Shown here in pieces: positions 1-7,835 of a stretch of DNA of 13,574 nt. The translations under genes were made by a program, and so were the position numbers. A model generated the notes under the pieces. The model worked only from the letters and a program-made list of their open reading frames with translations. It searched no databases and had not been told where the DNA came from. Within the stretch, counting starts at the first letter, position 1; each line of letters opens with the position of its first letter. Source of the DNA: a virus (Duplodnaviria > Heunggongvirae > Uroviricota > Caudoviricetes); IMG/VR virus record IMGVR_UViG_2684622582_000008, positions 1 through 13,574 of that record; one strand, written 5' to 3'.

Positions 1-1038
1 CTACTTTTTCGACTCTTTATTCCACTGTAGCAAACCAGCGATATCCTTCTCGCCTTCGGCTTCTTTTAAGCGCCGTTGTTGTTCGGCAAACTGAACATAC
101 TCCGCCTGCGCTTTTTCATCGGCCATTTTCTTGCTGATTTTACCAGCGCCCTGTAGAACCTCTCGGTCGTTAAATTGCAGGAACTGATCCAGCTTATCCT
201 GCCAGTCGCGCAAAAAGACTTGCTGACGACGACGGGCCTGATCCTCGGCAAAGTCCAGCCACATATTAACCACGCGATTAAGTTCGCTGACCTCATCCTG
301 GGTGAGATAATTTTTTGCCACCGTCACGTCGCCCTTACGTACCTCTTCACCTTTATAACTGGTCAAGCCCATGTGCGGCTGGCTGGCATCTGCTCGTTTG
401 TGGATGAGTTCCGCAGCGGTATGCCCGGTACAGGCAAAATGCAGTTTATTCTGGATGGTTTGAAAAAATTGCGTGGTTTCTTTAAGCGATGGCTGATAGT
501 CGGCAGCTAAAGCAAAGATCTCCCGCACCCGCAAATATACCCGACGCTCGCTGGCGCGAATATCGCGGATGCGTTCAAGCATCTCATCAAAATAGTCGGG
601 CACAACCGATGAACCGACAGGCGGATTCTTCAGCCGCTCATCGTCCATCACAAAACCTTTGATCAGGTATTCCTGAAGCGTCTGGGTGGCCCACTGGCGG
701 AATTGCGTGCCTCGAGGCGAGCGAACGCGATAGCCGACAGCGAGAATGGCTTCGAGGTTGTAATGGTCTATCTCTCTGGAAACCTGACGTTTTCCTTCCT
801 GGCGAACTATCCGGAATTTCCGGATGGTTGAGTTTTGAACAAGTTCACCTTCGGAAAATATATTGATTAAATGTTCGTTAATAGTGCGAACATCTTTATC
901 GTACAGTTCAGCCATTGCCGCCTGGGATAACCAGATTGTGTCTGACTCAAAGCGACATTCAACACGCACTCTTCCGTCACCGCTGGCAAACATAATAAAC
1001 TCGCCTGCTGGGGGCTGGGTTAAGTCTTTGTCTGACAT
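1..1038 (-). CDS. rhuM: RhuM-family (virulence protein RhuM-like) protein, 345 aa; lies outside the satellite, next to the displaced selC 3' end
   Basis: Minus-strand ORF with TAG stop at 1-3. Preferred start is ATG at 1038 (MSDKDLTQ...), preceded by GGAGG 4 nt upstream. The longer ORF-track start at 1122 would run through the att repeat. Family call is from recalled similarity to RhuM proteins of selC-linked islands such as Salmonella SPI-3. Confidence 0.6.
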   Translation of the reverse strand: MSDKDLTQPPAGEFIMFASGDGRVRVECRFESDTIWLSQAAMAELYDKDVRTINEHLINIFSEGELVQNSTIRKFRIVRQEGKRQVSREIDHYNLEAILAVGYRVRSPRGTQFRQWATQTLQEYLIKGFVMDDERLKNPPVGSSVVPDYFDEMLERIRDIRASERRVYLRVREIFALAADYQPSLKETTQFFQTIQNKLHFACTGHTAAELIHKRADASQPHMGLTSYKGEEVRKGDVTVAKNYLTQDEVSELNRVVNMWLDFAEDQARRRQQVFLRDWQDKLDQFLQFNDREVLQGAGKISKKMADEKAQAEYVQFAEQQRRLKEAEGEKDIAGLLQWNKESKK

Positions 1039-1088
1039 GTCGCCTCCGAAGGAGTGTTGTTGACGTCGGGAGAGTTCAGGAGAGGCAT

Positions 1089-1111
1089 TTTGGCGGAAGA
1101 TCACAGGAGTC
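1089..1111. repeat. attR: displaced copy of the selC 3' end (direct repeat of 11803-11825)
   Basis: tggcggaagatcacaggagtc at 1091-1111 is identical to 11805-11825; the match extends 2 nt upstream (tt). Imperfect similarity continues into the element (caaaattgcc vs cgaacctgcc). Confidence 0.85.
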
Positions 1112-1233
1112 AAAATTGCCATATAACCACTTGATTCAAATCGTTTATATTTTTCTATTCTAATTCATTTATACACATCCTTATACATATAATATCTATC
1201 GATTAATTGTTACACGTATCTTCACGCACGTTA

Positions 1234-1540
1234 ACTCAGGAAAAAAATTTTTTTTCGGAAGAACTGTTCACACTGTTCACCTTTCTGTTTTCTCCTTTTA
1301 TTTCAGTTTGATAGGTGGTGAATAATGGGTGAAGGGTGAACATTCGATTCTTCACCTCCGGCATTCTGCCGGTGTGACTCATACCGGTGATTAATCCTCC
1401 GCACTGAAATCACTCAGGAAGAAAAAAGTTTTTTTGATTTGATTGTTCACACTGTTCACCTTTCGTTTTTCTCTTTTAATTTCAGTGTGATAACGGGTGA
1501 ATATACGGTGAAGGGTGAACAGTGGATTGTTCACCTTCGG
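1234..1540. repeat. crr-like cis replication region: two ~128-bp direct repeats (1234-1361 and 1412-1540), each with several TGTTCACC/GGTGAACA type-I-like iterons
   Basis: The two segments align almost base for base (actcaggaa...ttcacactgttcacctttc...ggtgaagggtgaaca...ttcacc). Octamers such as tgttcaca (1265-1272), tgttcacc (1274-1281) and ggtgaaca (1335-1342) are present. Position directly downstream of alpha matches P4 crr. Confidence 0.75.
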
Positions 1541-1554
1541 GGGATTCAGGGATG

Positions 1555-1578
1555 AAAAAAGACCGGCAGATGCCGGTC
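1555..1578 (-). terminator. Rho-independent terminator downstream of alpha
   Basis: Stem gaccggc/gccggtc (1561-1567 and 1572-1578) with a 4-nt loop. On the minus strand it is followed by a run of six T (complement of aaaaaa at 1555-1560), 17 nt past the alpha stop. Confidence 0.55.
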
Positions 1579-1594
1579 AGATGAGTCATGAGGG

Positions 1595-3928
1595 TCAGGT
1601 TGTTGCAGGGTCGTCACATTTTGGCAGCCAGTCGCCGTAGCTTTCCTCTTTCAGCGTCAGGTTGGTCTGTATCCCCTGTTTGGTATGGCGCTTCTCGTAA
1701 TTCAGCCCGTATTCCTTCAGCATCACCGGCAGCCCCAGCCCGAACATTTTCAGACTGAGTACATTCCGGTAGCCGTTTGCCTCCATGTAGGCCAGATAGG
1801 CGTGATAGAGGTATTTACGGTAATTACGCGGGATGATACTGGCGTTCCCCATATACATGCCGCTGGTCTGCGGCAGGGTTTCCAGATAGCCGATAAAATC
1901 AAACGTCGGGTCGGCATCCCGTTTGATGTTCAGTGCCTCGTCTGAGTTCTGCTGGGACTGAAGCAGTGACCGGGCGAGCATCGGGTCGCTGAATTTCTGC
2001 ATCAGGTGACGCACGATGACCGCCAGCTCGCGGGTGATTTTGTCCTTAAGCTGCGGGTCGCGCTCCTGCGGGGCTATCTGTTCCGGGAAGTGAATAATCA
2101 CCCGCCGGCGTGACACGCCGCCGCTGCGGTCGGTGAAGCGCATCGGGTTATTGTTCACGGCCAGAATCACCGCCGGGATATGCGTGGAGTACGCATCCCG
2201 GTATTTCGGGTCCACGGACACCGCATCGCCGCCGGTGATGGCCTTGAGTCCGGCACCGTCGCCGCTCCATTTTTCCTGGTCCGGCAGGCGTATCAGTGAG
2301 AAGCCAGTTAACGCGGCACGTTCACGCGGGGATTCCAGCGTCTCAATGGTGGCCGATGTGGCGTTATCCTCCCCGGCCAGCAGGGTGGCGATTTCGGCCA
2401 TGATACTTTTGCCGCTGCCGCCGGGACCGGTCACCTCCAGAAAGAGCTGCCAGTCGTAGCGGTTTGCCAGCACCATAAACAGTGCGGCCAGAATCACGTC
2501 GCGTTTTTCCGCACGGCCACCGGCGGCACGGTCAAGCCAGCGCCAGAACGCGGGGGCGTGGTTTTCCAGCGTTTCCCCTTCCACCGGCGGGGTGAAATCC
2601 ACATCGCACAGGGTGCGCATCCAGTGTGACGGACTGTGCAGGTGGAACGTGCCGTTCTGCGTGTCGAGCACGCCGTTACGAAAGCCAATCAGGCGGCGGG
2701 AGGGGGCTTCCTGCTGCGGAATAATCAGCTTCAGGGTGTCCACCACGGAGGCCACCTTCCCGGAGGAGAACGGCGCGCGCAGACGCTGAAACAGCCCGGC
2801 CACATCCCGGGCAAAGTCCTGTGGCGGCAGCATCTTCCAGACACCATTTTCATAGCGGGACAGAAGCTGGCCGTTGGCATCGACCGCGAGCGCCTCGCCG
2901 TAATGCTCATAGATACGCATGGCCTTTTCGCTGGTACTCATGGCGGAAAACTCCGCTTCGCTCATGGTGTCGAACGGGCTTTCAGCCGGTGGCCGGATGG
3001 CATCGTAAATGGCCTTACGGGTGGCCTCCCCGCCGTACTGCGTGAAGGCATCATTCCAGTCACCGAAGACCGGCGGCAGGGCAACAACGCCCTCACACGC
3101 ATCTGCGGCTGCGGCGGCTTTTTTCTGGCCGTCACCGCTGAGGTCACGGTCAGCAGCAAGGACAATCTGACAGGCCGGATGCTTCTGCCGGGCAAGGCTG
3201 GCCAGAGAAAGGAGGTTCACGGAAGAAAGCGCCACCATCACCGTTTCACCGGTCAGGTGATGTACGGTAAGTGCGGTCGCGTATCCCTCCGCTATCCACA
3301 GACGTTTTCCGGCCTGATTCTGTCCTTCAAGGATGTGACAGGTGCCCCTGACCTGTCCGCCTTTCAGGGTGCGCTTACGGCCGTCAGCACTGATTAACTG
3401 AAGGTTAACCAGTTCGCCGCTGTCGTCATACAGTGGCACCACAAGGTCACCGGCACGCCAGCTCACGCCACCGGCTCTGTGTGTGCCGGTCAGCATCCGG
3501 CATTCCCGGCCGGGAAAGCCCTTGCGGGTCAGGTAGGCGTTACCGGTTCCGGGACGGGTTTTCGCCATCAGGGTTTGTGCCAGTGCGGCGGCGTTCTTCC
3601 GGGCAGCGTCTGTTTCAGCAACGGCGGCGGCCGTCACTGCCGGGTCAGCCGGGGGCAGGCTGCCGGTCACGGCAGCCACCTTTGTGGCCGCGTCGGACGG
3701 GGAGACACCAAACACCTTTTCAACCAGTTTCAGGCCGTCACCGGCACCACACTGATTGCAGTACCAGGTGCCGCGCCCCTCCCTGTCATCAAAACGGAAG
3801 CGGTCACTCCCGCCACAGACCGGACAGGGCTGATGACGGTTTTTCAGCACCTGAATCCCCAGCGCCGGGAGGATACGCGGCCAGTGGCCGAGCGCATGGC
3901 TGACGGTGGCGGTTACGTTCATTTTCAT
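1595..3928 (-). CDS. alpha: P4 alpha-type primase-helicase (zinc-binding primase N-terminus, central/C-terminal P-loop helicase), 777 aa
   Basis: ATG at 3928 with GGAG upstream. N-terminal CPVCGG...WYCNQCG zinc-binding motif; Walker A GPGGSGKS; length equals P4 alpha (777 aa); flanked by crr iterons. Confidence 0.85.
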   Translation of the reverse strand: MKMNVTATVSHALGHWPRILPALGIQVLKNRHQPCPVCGGSDRFRFDDREGRGTWYCNQCGAGDGLKLVEKVFGVSPSDAATKVAAVTGSLPPADPAVTAAAVAETDAARKNAAALAQTLMAKTRPGTGNAYLTRKGFPGRECRMLTGTHRAGGVSWRAGDLVVPLYDDSGELVNLQLISADGRKRTLKGGQVRGTCHILEGQNQAGKRLWIAEGYATALTVHHLTGETVMVALSSVNLLSLASLARQKHPACQIVLAADRDLSGDGQKKAAAAADACEGVVALPPVFGDWNDAFTQYGGEATRKAIYDAIRPPAESPFDTMSEAEFSAMSTSEKAMRIYEHYGEALAVDANGQLLSRYENGVWKMLPPQDFARDVAGLFQRLRAPFSSGKVASVVDTLKLIIPQQEAPSRRLIGFRNGVLDTQNGTFHLHSPSHWMRTLCDVDFTPPVEGETLENHAPAFWRWLDRAAGGRAEKRDVILAALFMVLANRYDWQLFLEVTGPGGSGKSIMAEIATLLAGEDNATSATIETLESPRERAALTGFSLIRLPDQEKWSGDGAGLKAITGGDAVSVDPKYRDAYSTHIPAVILAVNNNPMRFTDRSGGVSRRRVIIHFPEQIAPQERDPQLKDKITRELAVIVRHLMQKFSDPMLARSLLQSQQNSDEALNIKRDADPTFDFIGYLETLPQTSGMYMGNASIIPRNYRKYLYHAYLAYMEANGYRNVLSLKMFGLGLPVMLKEYGLNYEKRHTKQGIQTNLTLKEESYGDWLPKCDDPATT

Positions 3929-3942
3929 GGTGTTGTTCTCCT

Positions 3943-4263
3943 TCAGTGCAGTACCGGCGCTTTTATGTGACGGGCACAGAGTTCATCCATCACAACCAGC
4001 CCGAGAAAGGACAGCGACGGCGCGGCCTTCAGGGGGCCGGATTCCATTAAATCTTCCAGCAGGGCACAGGCTATCTGACGCCCTTTTTCCTCACCGTGCT
4101 GGCGCAGATAAAAGCCTTCCAGCTCAGCGGCGATGGCCGCCTCCAGTGATTCAAGGGTGAGATGCGGGTAGCGGTGCTGACGTTCGCACACGGTCAGCCA
4201 GGCACAGGCGACAGCGCGACGGTAAAGGGCTGCGCGTAAGACGGGCGGTAAGGGGGTTTTCAT
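3943..4263 (-). CDS. cnr: P4 orf106-like small protein (possibly Cnr copy-number regulator), 106 aa
   Basis: ATG at 4263 preceded by GGGAGG. Ends 14 nt upstream of the alpha start, so it is in the operon. Size and position match P4 orf106; the cnr name is from memory and tentative. Confidence 0.5.
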
Positions 4264-4398
4264 TTGTTTTCCTCCCTGTGACAGATGACTGCATTCCGTG
4301 CCGGTTGCATTAACTGATAAGGCATATCTGCGTCTCCTGAAGACGTGCGTATCCCTGCGCGAATACGCACATTTAATTTTTCGGGTGTCGTTTTTTAA

Positions 4399-4854
4399 TT
4401 ACAGATAATTGCGGTAACTGTTATCCGGGGTGATTTCCGGGTCAGGCTCCGTGCGGGAAATTTCCCGCCATTCCCGCGCCACCGGTGCCGCCCGGCTGGC
4501 CGGAACAGTGTCCTGCGGGTAAATATCCAGATATTTCTCCCGCCATTTCTGTAATTCCGGGTCTCCGGCCATTTCTTTCAGTACCGCATGCCGGTTTACG
4601 GGGCTGCGTTTGAACAGGTCAGGACGGTCACAGGTAAATTCCCGCAGAAAACGCCCCAGCGGGATGTCTGTGGTGCGCCCGTCAGTGAGGATACGCACAA
4701 GGATACTGAATTTTCGGCGGTACGGGTTCCAGACAATTTCCGGACAGCGGTACGGCATTTCCCACGGAATACCGTCTTCCAGAATGCCGACCACGGCCAC
4801 ATCGGGAAAACCGGCAGAACGGTAAATCTCACCGGGCTGGGGAAAATCAAACAT
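4399..4854 (-). CDS. P4 orf151-like hypothetical protein, 151 aa
   Basis: ATG at 4854; start overlaps the stop of the upstream epsilon-like ORF by 8 nt (coupling). Size and position match P4 orf151. Confidence 0.6.
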   Translation of the reverse strand: MFDFPQPGEIYRSAGFPDVAVVGILEDGIPWEMPYRCPEIVWNPYRRKFSILVRILTDGRTTDIPLGRFLREFTCDRPDLFKRSPVNRHAVLKEMAGDPELQKWREKYLDIYPQDTVPASRAAPVAREWREISRTEPDPEITPDNSYRNYL

Positions 4855-5134
4855 GTGTCCTGTCTCCCCGGTCTTTCTGCTGGGCGAGAAAATCGCGGCA
4901 CAGGCCTTTGGCTTTCAGCTCATTCAGCACAAAATCAATATCTTCATTCAGGTAGCTGAAAATATGCGGAATGTAGAGCTGATGCAGGCCGGAGAGTTCA
5001 CGGTGAATCAAATCACCCCCAACAAACCGGGATACTGCGCTGGCGCGGTTGAGCTTATGGTAAGCCTCAATGCTGAGGTGTTCACGGGCGTCATGACGCG
5101 CTGAGACGGTCTGAGGGGCTTTTTTATTACGCAC
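4847..5134 (-). CDS. epsilon: Epsilon-like protein (P2-type helper derepressor), 95 aa if GTG start at 5134
   Basis: In-frame GTG at 5134 preceded by GGAGG (revcomp of cctcc at 5141-5145). Overlaps the stop of the upstream 65-aa ORF (GTGCGTAA). Alternative in-frame ATG starts at 5179 or 5215 cannot be excluded. Function inferred from position and size only. Confidence 0.5.
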   Translation of the reverse strand: MRNKKAPQTVSARHDAREHLSIEAYHKLNRASAVSRFVGGDLIHRELSGLHQLYIPHIFSYLNEDIDFVLNELKAKGLCRDFLAQQKDRGDRTHV

Positions 5135-5324
5135 GGGACACCTCCACCACCGGCAGACGGGCAGCAAGGGAGAGCACATAGTCACGGACAAGGGAACGGC
5201 GGGCGCTGCGTTCATCACCGGCGACGGTGCGAAGCATGCAGATACGGGGATGACGGTCTGCGCGACGGACAGCCGCAAACACAAAGACAAATTCAGGGTG
5301 TGAAGGGGTAAGGGTTGTAGCCAT
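5127..5324 (-). CDS. Small hypothetical protein (65 aa), first well-supported ORF after the leader
   Basis: ATG at 5324 with AAGGAGA 7 nt upstream; TAA stop at 5127. It is the C-terminal part of a longer open frame (5127-5762) that I do not accept as one gene. Confidence 0.45.
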   Translation of the reverse strand: MATTLTPSHPEFVFVFAAVRRADRHPRICMLRTVAGDERSARRSLVRDYVLSLAARLPVVEVSRA

Positions 5325-5355
5325 AAGGCAGTCTCCTTCGAGTAGCAAATAACTG

Positions 5356-5619
5356 CTATCGCCGGAGTTCCTACGCTCGATGGCGATAGCCCAGACGGGG
5401 GTAGGAATACCGGCCTCGAAGAATACCGGCCAGCCCGGAGGCTGCCCCGCCTGAGCTACCATTGACTCAGTGGCATAACATGCGATTGCGAACAGGATCA
5501 TACCTGCACGGCAAACCACACGCCACACCATAATCTGGCGCTCTGTGGCGTTGATTGCGACACAAAAAAAGACGCATGGCGCGTCATATGTCGCCTTCGA
5601 GTTACACGGGTTCCTACGC
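5356..5619 (-). ncRNA. Candidate P4-type immunity leader (cI-like RNA with seqA/seqB/seqC-like elements)
   Basis: No RBS-supported ORF between the vis stop and 5324. gttcctacgc occurs twice (5367-5376 and 5610-5619); ggggtaggaat at 5397-5407 is near-complementary (8/10) to it. Hairpin ctatcgcc/ggcgatag (5356-5363 and 5382-5389). Order on the leftward transcript (copy, complement, copy) matches the P4 seqA-cI(seqB)-seqC layout. Confidence 0.35.
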
Positions 5620-5648
5620 CCGGCTGCCGATTTTGCGGCAGCGGAAAA

Positions 5649-5678
5649 ACTATATCCGCAAATGCCGGAAAAAGGCAA
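5649..5678 (-). promoter_or_regulatory. Candidate constitutive leftward promoter (PLE-like)
   Basis: On the minus strand: TTGCCT (-35; plus 5673-5678) and TATAGT (-10; plus 5649-5654) with 18-bp spacing, just downstream of vis. Confidence 0.3.
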
Positions 5679-5713
5679 GCCAGAAAAAGGGAGTTTTTGC
5701 AGAGCGGGCATCA

Positions 5714-5980
5714 TCATGCGTCGTACCCCCGTTTGCGTCCGGCAATGCGCCCGGCCATCCATGCGGTGATTTCAGAGTGCAGCCAGGCCACATTTTTACC
5801 GCCAAGACTCACCTGCGGCGGAAATTCCCCCTTACGGATGAGTTCGTAGATGGTCGAGCGTGACAGGCCGCACAGGTGCATCACTTCCGGCAGACGTAAA
5901 AAACGCTCCTGCGTGATGTCCGGCAGCGGCATCAGTGGCGTCACAGGGGCGGGAGACGGGGAAGAAAAAACAGCTTGCAT
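5714..5980 (-). CDS. vis: AlpA/Vis-family helix-turn-helix regulator/excisionase (P4 orf88 vis-like), 88 aa
   Basis: ATG at 5980 with GAGGT upstream. Segment [29 protein letters not shown]...[10 protein letters not shown] is typical of AlpA-family proteins. Length equals P4 orf88 (vis). Confidence 0.75.
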   Translation of the reverse strand: MQAVFSSPSPAPVTPLMPLPDITQERFLRLPEVMHLCGLSRSTIYELIRKGEFPPQVSLGGKNVAWLHSEITAWMAGRIAGRKRGYDA

Positions 5981-6081
5981 CGGGCTACCTCGTTAATGTC
6001 CATACAGCACCGGATAAGTCCGTCCGGCTTCGGGTAGCGCTTTATTTTGTGAATATTTTCAGCAGACGCAACAGGGGGATT

Positions 6082-6099
6082 TGTTCAGGCTGCCTTACA
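6082..6099 (-). promoter_or_regulatory. Delta/Ogr-type activator site (TGT-N12-ACA) of a leftward late promoter (PLL-like) upstream of vis
   Basis: tgt tcaggctgcctt aca at 6082-6099, centred about 110 bp upstream of the vis start. Confidence 0.5.
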
Positions 6100-6257
6100 A
6101 TGACTGTGTGTTTTTTATCCATCTGGACTGGAAGGGTCTCAAAGGGTTCTGAAGGACCTGGAATTTTTTATAGTGAAATACAAATTGTTTTTTCTTATTT
6201 ATTTCAGTGAATTAATAAAAATAAACAGTAGTAAACAGCACAAAAAGTCCATGAGCG

Positions 6258-6361
6258 GGTGAACAGTGGTGAACAGACGGTGAACAGTCATTACTGCGAT
6301 TGTTCACCCTTTAACTTACTGTATTACTTATCTTTTTTATTAAGGTGAACAGAGGTGAACA
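6258..6361. repeat. ori-like cluster of six type-I-like iterons (GGTGAACA/TGTTCACC)
   Basis: ggtgaaca at 6258-6265, 6268-6275, 6279-6286, 6344-6351 and 6354-6361; inverted tgttcacc at 6301-6308. Same octamer as in the crr-like repeats about 4.8 kb away. Confidence 0.7.
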
Positions 6362-6440
6362 GTAAAATATAAAAAAACAAACAGTAAGCCGGTTTTTCCT
6401 GCGACCTTTTCCTGGCTTGCCGGTGTGAGGATGAGTCTCC

Positions 6441-6458
6441 TGTGTCAGGGCTGGCACA
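6441..6458 (+). promoter_or_regulatory. Delta/Ogr-type activator site (TGT-N12-ACA) of Psid late promoter
   Basis: tgt gtcagggctggc aca at 6441-6458, centred about 80 bp upstream of the sid ATG (6531). Confidence 0.55.
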
Positions 6459-6530
6459 TCTGCAATGCGTCGTGTTGTTGTCCGGTGTACGTCACAATTT
6501 TCTTAACCTGAAGTGACGAGGAGCCGGAAA

Positions 6531-7265
6531 ATGTCTGACAACACCATCCCTGAATATCTGCAACCCGCGCTGGCACAACTGGAAAAGGCCAGAGCCGCCC
6601 ATCTTGAGAACGCCCGCCTGATGGATGAGACCGTCACGGCCATTGAACGGGCAGAGCAGGAAAAAAATGCGCTGGCGCAGGCCGACGGAAACGACGCTGA
6701 CGACTGGCGCACGGCCTTTCGTGCAGCCGGTGGTGTCCTGAGCGACGAGCTGAAACAGCGCCACATTGAGCGCGTGGCACGCCGGGAGCTGGTACAGGAA
6801 TATGACAATCTGGCCGTGGTGCTGAATTTCGAACGTGAACGCCTGAAAGGGGGGTGTGACAGCACGGCCACCGCCTACCGGAAGGCACATCATCACCTTC
6901 TGAGTCTGTATGCAGAGCATGAGCTGGAACACGCCCTGAATGAAACCTGTGAGGCGCTTGTCCGGGCAATGCATCTGAGCATTCTGGTACAGGAAAATCC
7001 GCTCGCCAACACCACCGGCCATCAGGGCTACGTCGCACCGGAAAAGGCTGTCATGCAGCAGGTGAAATCATCGCTGGAACAGAAAATTAAACAGATGCAA
7101 ATCAGCCTCACCGGCGAGCCGGTTCTCCGGCTGACCGGACTGTCAGCGGCAACACTCCCGCACATGGATTATGAGGTGGCAGGCACACCGGCACAGCGCA
7201 AGGTGTGGCAGGACAAAATAGACCAGCAGGGAGCAGAGCTTAAGGCCAGAGGACTGCTGTCATGA
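6531..7265 (+). CDS. sid: Sid-like capsid size-determination (external scaffold) protein, 244 aa
   Basis: ATG at 6531 with GAGGAG 8 nt upstream (the ORF-track GTG at 6513 has no RBS). Length equals P4 Sid; first gene of the sid-delta-psu operon. Confidence 0.8.
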   Translation: MSDNTIPEYLQPALAQLEKARAAHLENARLMDETVTAIERAEQEKNALAQADGNDADDWRTAFRAAGGVLSDELKQRHIERVARRELVQEYDNLAVVLNFERERLKGGCDSTATAYRKAHHHLLSLYAEHELEHALNETCEALVRAMHLSILVQENPLANTTGHQGYVAPEKAVMQQVKSSLEQKIKQMQISLTGEPVLRLTGLSAATLPHMDYEVAGTPAQRKVWQDKIDQQGAELKARGLLS

Positions 7266-7762
7266 TTTACTGCCCGTCGTGTGGACATGTTGCTCACACC
7301 CGTCGCGCACATTTCATGGACGATGGCACCAAGATAATGATTGCACAGTGCCGGAATATTTATTGCTCTGCGACATTTGAAGCGAGTGAAAGCTTTTTCT
7401 CTGACAGTAAAGATTCAGGAATGGAATACATTTCAGGCAAACAGAGATACCGCGATTCACTGACGTCAGCCTCCGGCAGTATGAAACGCCCGAAAAGAAT
7501 GCTTGTTACCGGATATTGTTGTCGGAGATGTAAAGGCCTTGCACTGTCAAGAACATCGCGGCGTCTGTCTCAGGAAGTCACCGAGCGTTTTTATGTGTGC
7601 ACGGATCCGGGCTGTGGTCTGGTGTTTAAAACGCTTCAGACCATCAACCGTTTCATTGTCCGCCCGGTCACGCCGGACGAACTGGCAGAAAGCCTGCATG
7701 AAAAACAGGAACTGCCGCCAGTACGCTTAAAAACACAATCATATTCGCTGCGTCTGGAATGA
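7262..7762 (+). CDS. delta: Delta-like late transcriptional activator (tandem Ogr-type zinc-finger domains), 166 aa
   Basis: ATG overlaps the sid stop (ATGA). CPSCGH...C..C and a second C..CC..C...C..C cysteine cluster are consistent with duplicated Ogr-like zinc fingers. Length equals P4 Delta. Confidence 0.8.
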   Translation: MIYCPSCGHVAHTRRAHFMDDGTKIMIAQCRNIYCSATFEASESFFSDSKDSGMEYISGKQRYRDSLTSASGSMKRPKRMLVTGYCCRRCKGLALSRTSRRLSQEVTERFYVCTDPGCGLVFKTLQTINRFIVRPVTPDELAESLHEKQELPPVRLKTQSYSLRLE

Positions 7763-7835
7763 GGGCTGCCGGTTAACACCGGCCGTCGCCGCACACCGTA
7801 TTTTTATTCTTCAGCATGATGAGAAAGAGATAACG

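Noticed and set aside
1039-1122. N-terminal extension of the rhuM ORF to 1122 (373 aa)
   Set aside because: The extension runs through the att direct repeat into satellite DNA and lacks an RBS. The ATG at 1038 has a strong GGAGG.
1260-1540. Possible CRISPR array suggested by repeated GGTGAACA/TGTTCACC units
   Set aside because: Units are only 8 bp, irregularly spaced, in both orientations, and embedded in two long direct repeats; no cas genes. The iteron interpretation fits much better.
2636-3397. 253-aa plus-strand ORF (and other plus-strand ORFs at 1685-3970) inside alpha
   Set aside because: Antisense to a well-supported 777-aa gene in GC-rich DNA; Arg/Gly/Ala-rich composition typical of spurious frames; no RBS.
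5127-5762. 211-aa minus-strand ORF spanning the whole leader region
   Set aside because: It overlaps the 3' end of vis and the region I interpret as the untranslated immunity leader, and has no RBS at its 5' end. Only the last 65 codons (from ATG 5324, with AAGGAGA) look like a gene. A short leader ORF (a kil equivalent) could still exist within it.
6513-6530. GTG start giving a 250-aa Sid
   Set aside because: No RBS upstream; ATG at 6531 has GAGGAG at ideal spacing and gives the P4 Sid length (244 aa).
6492-7038. Minus-strand ORFs (176, 134, 122 aa) antisense to sid
   Set aside because: Overlap sid on the opposite strand with Arg/Ser/Ala-rich composition typical of antisense frames in GC-rich DNA.
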